Assembly: GCF_052425735.1 (NCBI RefSeq)
Contig: NC_135763.1
Coordinates: 11,160,001 to 11,224,000, forward strand
Direction of reading: 5' to 3'
DNA length: 64,000 bases
Origin: Oculina patagonica
Lineage: Eukaryota
Shown here: in pieces, positions 62,901 through 64,000 of the stretch
Layout of the letters: each line of letters opens with the position of its first letter
How positions within the stretch are numbered: the stretch's first letter is position 1
Position numbers and translations under genes: made by a program
Notes under the pieces: generated by a model
The model's database searches: none
The model's input: only the letters and a program-made list of their open reading frames with translations
What the model was told of the DNA's origin: nothing

Positions 62901-63409
62901 TCAATTTATTTCAACTCGTTTCAAAACGTTATCGTGAAGGTTTGTTCATGTCAGTTGCAAACATGATTTAAGATGGCGAGCAAAGTCCTTAAACAAAAAT
63001 CACAATACTCTTCTGTCATATGTTTTGATCACTTCATTTACATCTTCCCCTACAAAAACATCATTGTTATCTGTTATCTTCTGCTTCGTGAACCAATAGC
63101 ATGGCTAGCTCAAATGAGCAGAAAATGCCCCCTCCCCCTACAAAGGTAAGGAAGTAACCCCACCCCGCCCTTATCATCTCTTGATAGATAAATGGTAACA
63201 TCAATCTACCCACCCTCGTTTCCAATATATCCCTCACACCTCTCCCCCAGATATGATTATGATGCGCTGCTCCCCACCCCACCCTCACCTGTTCAAAAGC
63301 TTTCATATCACTGTGGTGGGTAGAGATGTGTGTTGATAGTGACATGCCGCCTGTCCTCATCTCCATCAGCTGGGACAACTCACGGTAGTTAAGGTTACCA
63401 GCACCCATC
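56978..63409 (-). CDS. PITRM1: Mitochondrial presequence protease (M16C), 3' part; gene continues beyond the window
   Basis: Exons 63409-63289, 62847-62771, 62675-62510, 61802-61702, 60920-60812, 59835-59723, 59314-59261, 58938-58870, 58369-58255, 57297-57164, 57086-56978, phase-consistent. Motifs FLHREIREKGGAYG, FFSYRDP, IEEAKLSVF. Confidence 0.93.
57489..57738. mobile_element. CCCGGGGGG-terminus MITE inserted in a Nin-type SINE (~57450-57925)
   Basis: Perfect 8-bp TSD CAACTACT (57481-57488 and 57739-57746). Confidence 0.8.
59410..59682. mobile_element. MITE, same family as 38514-38791
   Basis: Inverted termini and reverse-complement interior. Confidence 0.75.
60610..60766 (-). mobile_element. 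tRNA-derived repeat
   Basis: TGGCTCAGTCGGTAGAGC and GGTTCGAATCC boxes on the minus strand. Confidence 0.65.
61047..61274. mobile_element. MITE with 6-bp TSD
   Basis: GTTAAA|CAGGGTTCGTAC ... GTACGAACCCTG|GTTAAA. Confidence 0.8.
61395..61580 (+). mobile_element. SINE with V-type central domain
   Basis: A/B boxes followed by TTTTCTCTGGGTACTCCGGTTTCC. Confidence 0.65.
61963..62272. repeat. ~28-bp minisatellite
   Basis: About 11 copies of ACATGTTTTCCCGCGCTTACAACCGCTT. Confidence 0.9.
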
Positions 63410-63509
63410 CTACAACAACATAAAAAACCATGTTGCACGAGGCAAACACATTGCAAGTTGCAGAGGGGTGTCACAACTTGCAACGCACCCGTAACGAACG
63501 ATCGTCTTG

Positions 63510-64000
63510 AAATGCTGTGCAAGCAAGCTACAAAAGCTACAGAATAGAGCAGCCCGTGTTTTGACCTTCTCAAACTATGACGCGCACGCTGGTGATTTAT
63601 TTGAAATTCTAGGATGGGAAAATCGGATCAATTTAGGTTTCTGGGAAACTGCCCACCTACCCCTCCCCAAACCTAACATTAACCCTTAGTTATCGCTTTG
63701 GGCAAAATGTTAGGTTTGGGGAGGGGTAGGTGAGCAGTTTCCCAGAAACCTAAATTGATCCGAAAAATCTAGCTCGCCAGCAGCAAATTCAAAGAGCCAC
63801 GATGGTTTACAGGTCTCTGCACGGGTTGGCTCCAGACTACCTATCATCTAAATTTGAAAAACGAAAACCGCGTACAACCTAAGGGACTCTGAAAACAAAC
63901 TCAATGTTCCATTACCGCGCACTAACTATTACAAAAACAGCTTTACGTACAGTGGCGCCATCTTGTGGAACAGTCTTCCTATTAACGTAAGATAAGCGGA
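63510..64000 (+). mobile_element. 3' end of a CR1/L2-group LINE, degenerate
   Basis: KLQKLQNRAARVL..LGW..MVYRSLHGLAPDYL..PRTNYYKNSFTYSGAILWNSLP. Confidence 0.8.
63624..63762. mobile_element. Hairpin MITE interrupting the LINE fragment
   Basis: CGGATCAATTTAGGTTTCTGGGAAACTG inverted termini; removing it and the duplicated flank restores the LINE frame. Confidence 0.8.

Overview
AT-rich animal genomic DNA with spliceosomal GT-AG genes and dense MITE/SINE content. The repeat landscape points to an anthozoan, probably a stony coral (inference). I rebuilt seven genes by hand with phase-consistent exons: hnRNP Q/R (minus, 3 coding exons, 620 aa); two intronless head-to-head ZDHHC16-like palmitoyltransferase paralogs; YRDC (minus, 5 exons, 237 aa); HUNK kinase (minus, 9 exons, ~940 aa); a secreted gamma-glutamyltransferase-like gene (plus); and the 3' half of PITRM1 (minus, 11 exons in window). 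The strongest candidate for an undescribed system is the palmitoyltransferase pair. Their ATGs are 94 nt apart around a symmetric element, and both lost the catalytic Asp of DHHC (SHHC and CHHC) along with the TTxE Thr that normally contacts it, while every Zn ligand and the catalytic Cys are kept. Second is the GGT-like gene, which resembles a bacterial subfamily, has Ser at the nucleophile position, and carries a ~240-aa basic-then-acidic insert with a furin-type site and a reading-frame break. No database searches were run; family calls rest on recognised motifs.
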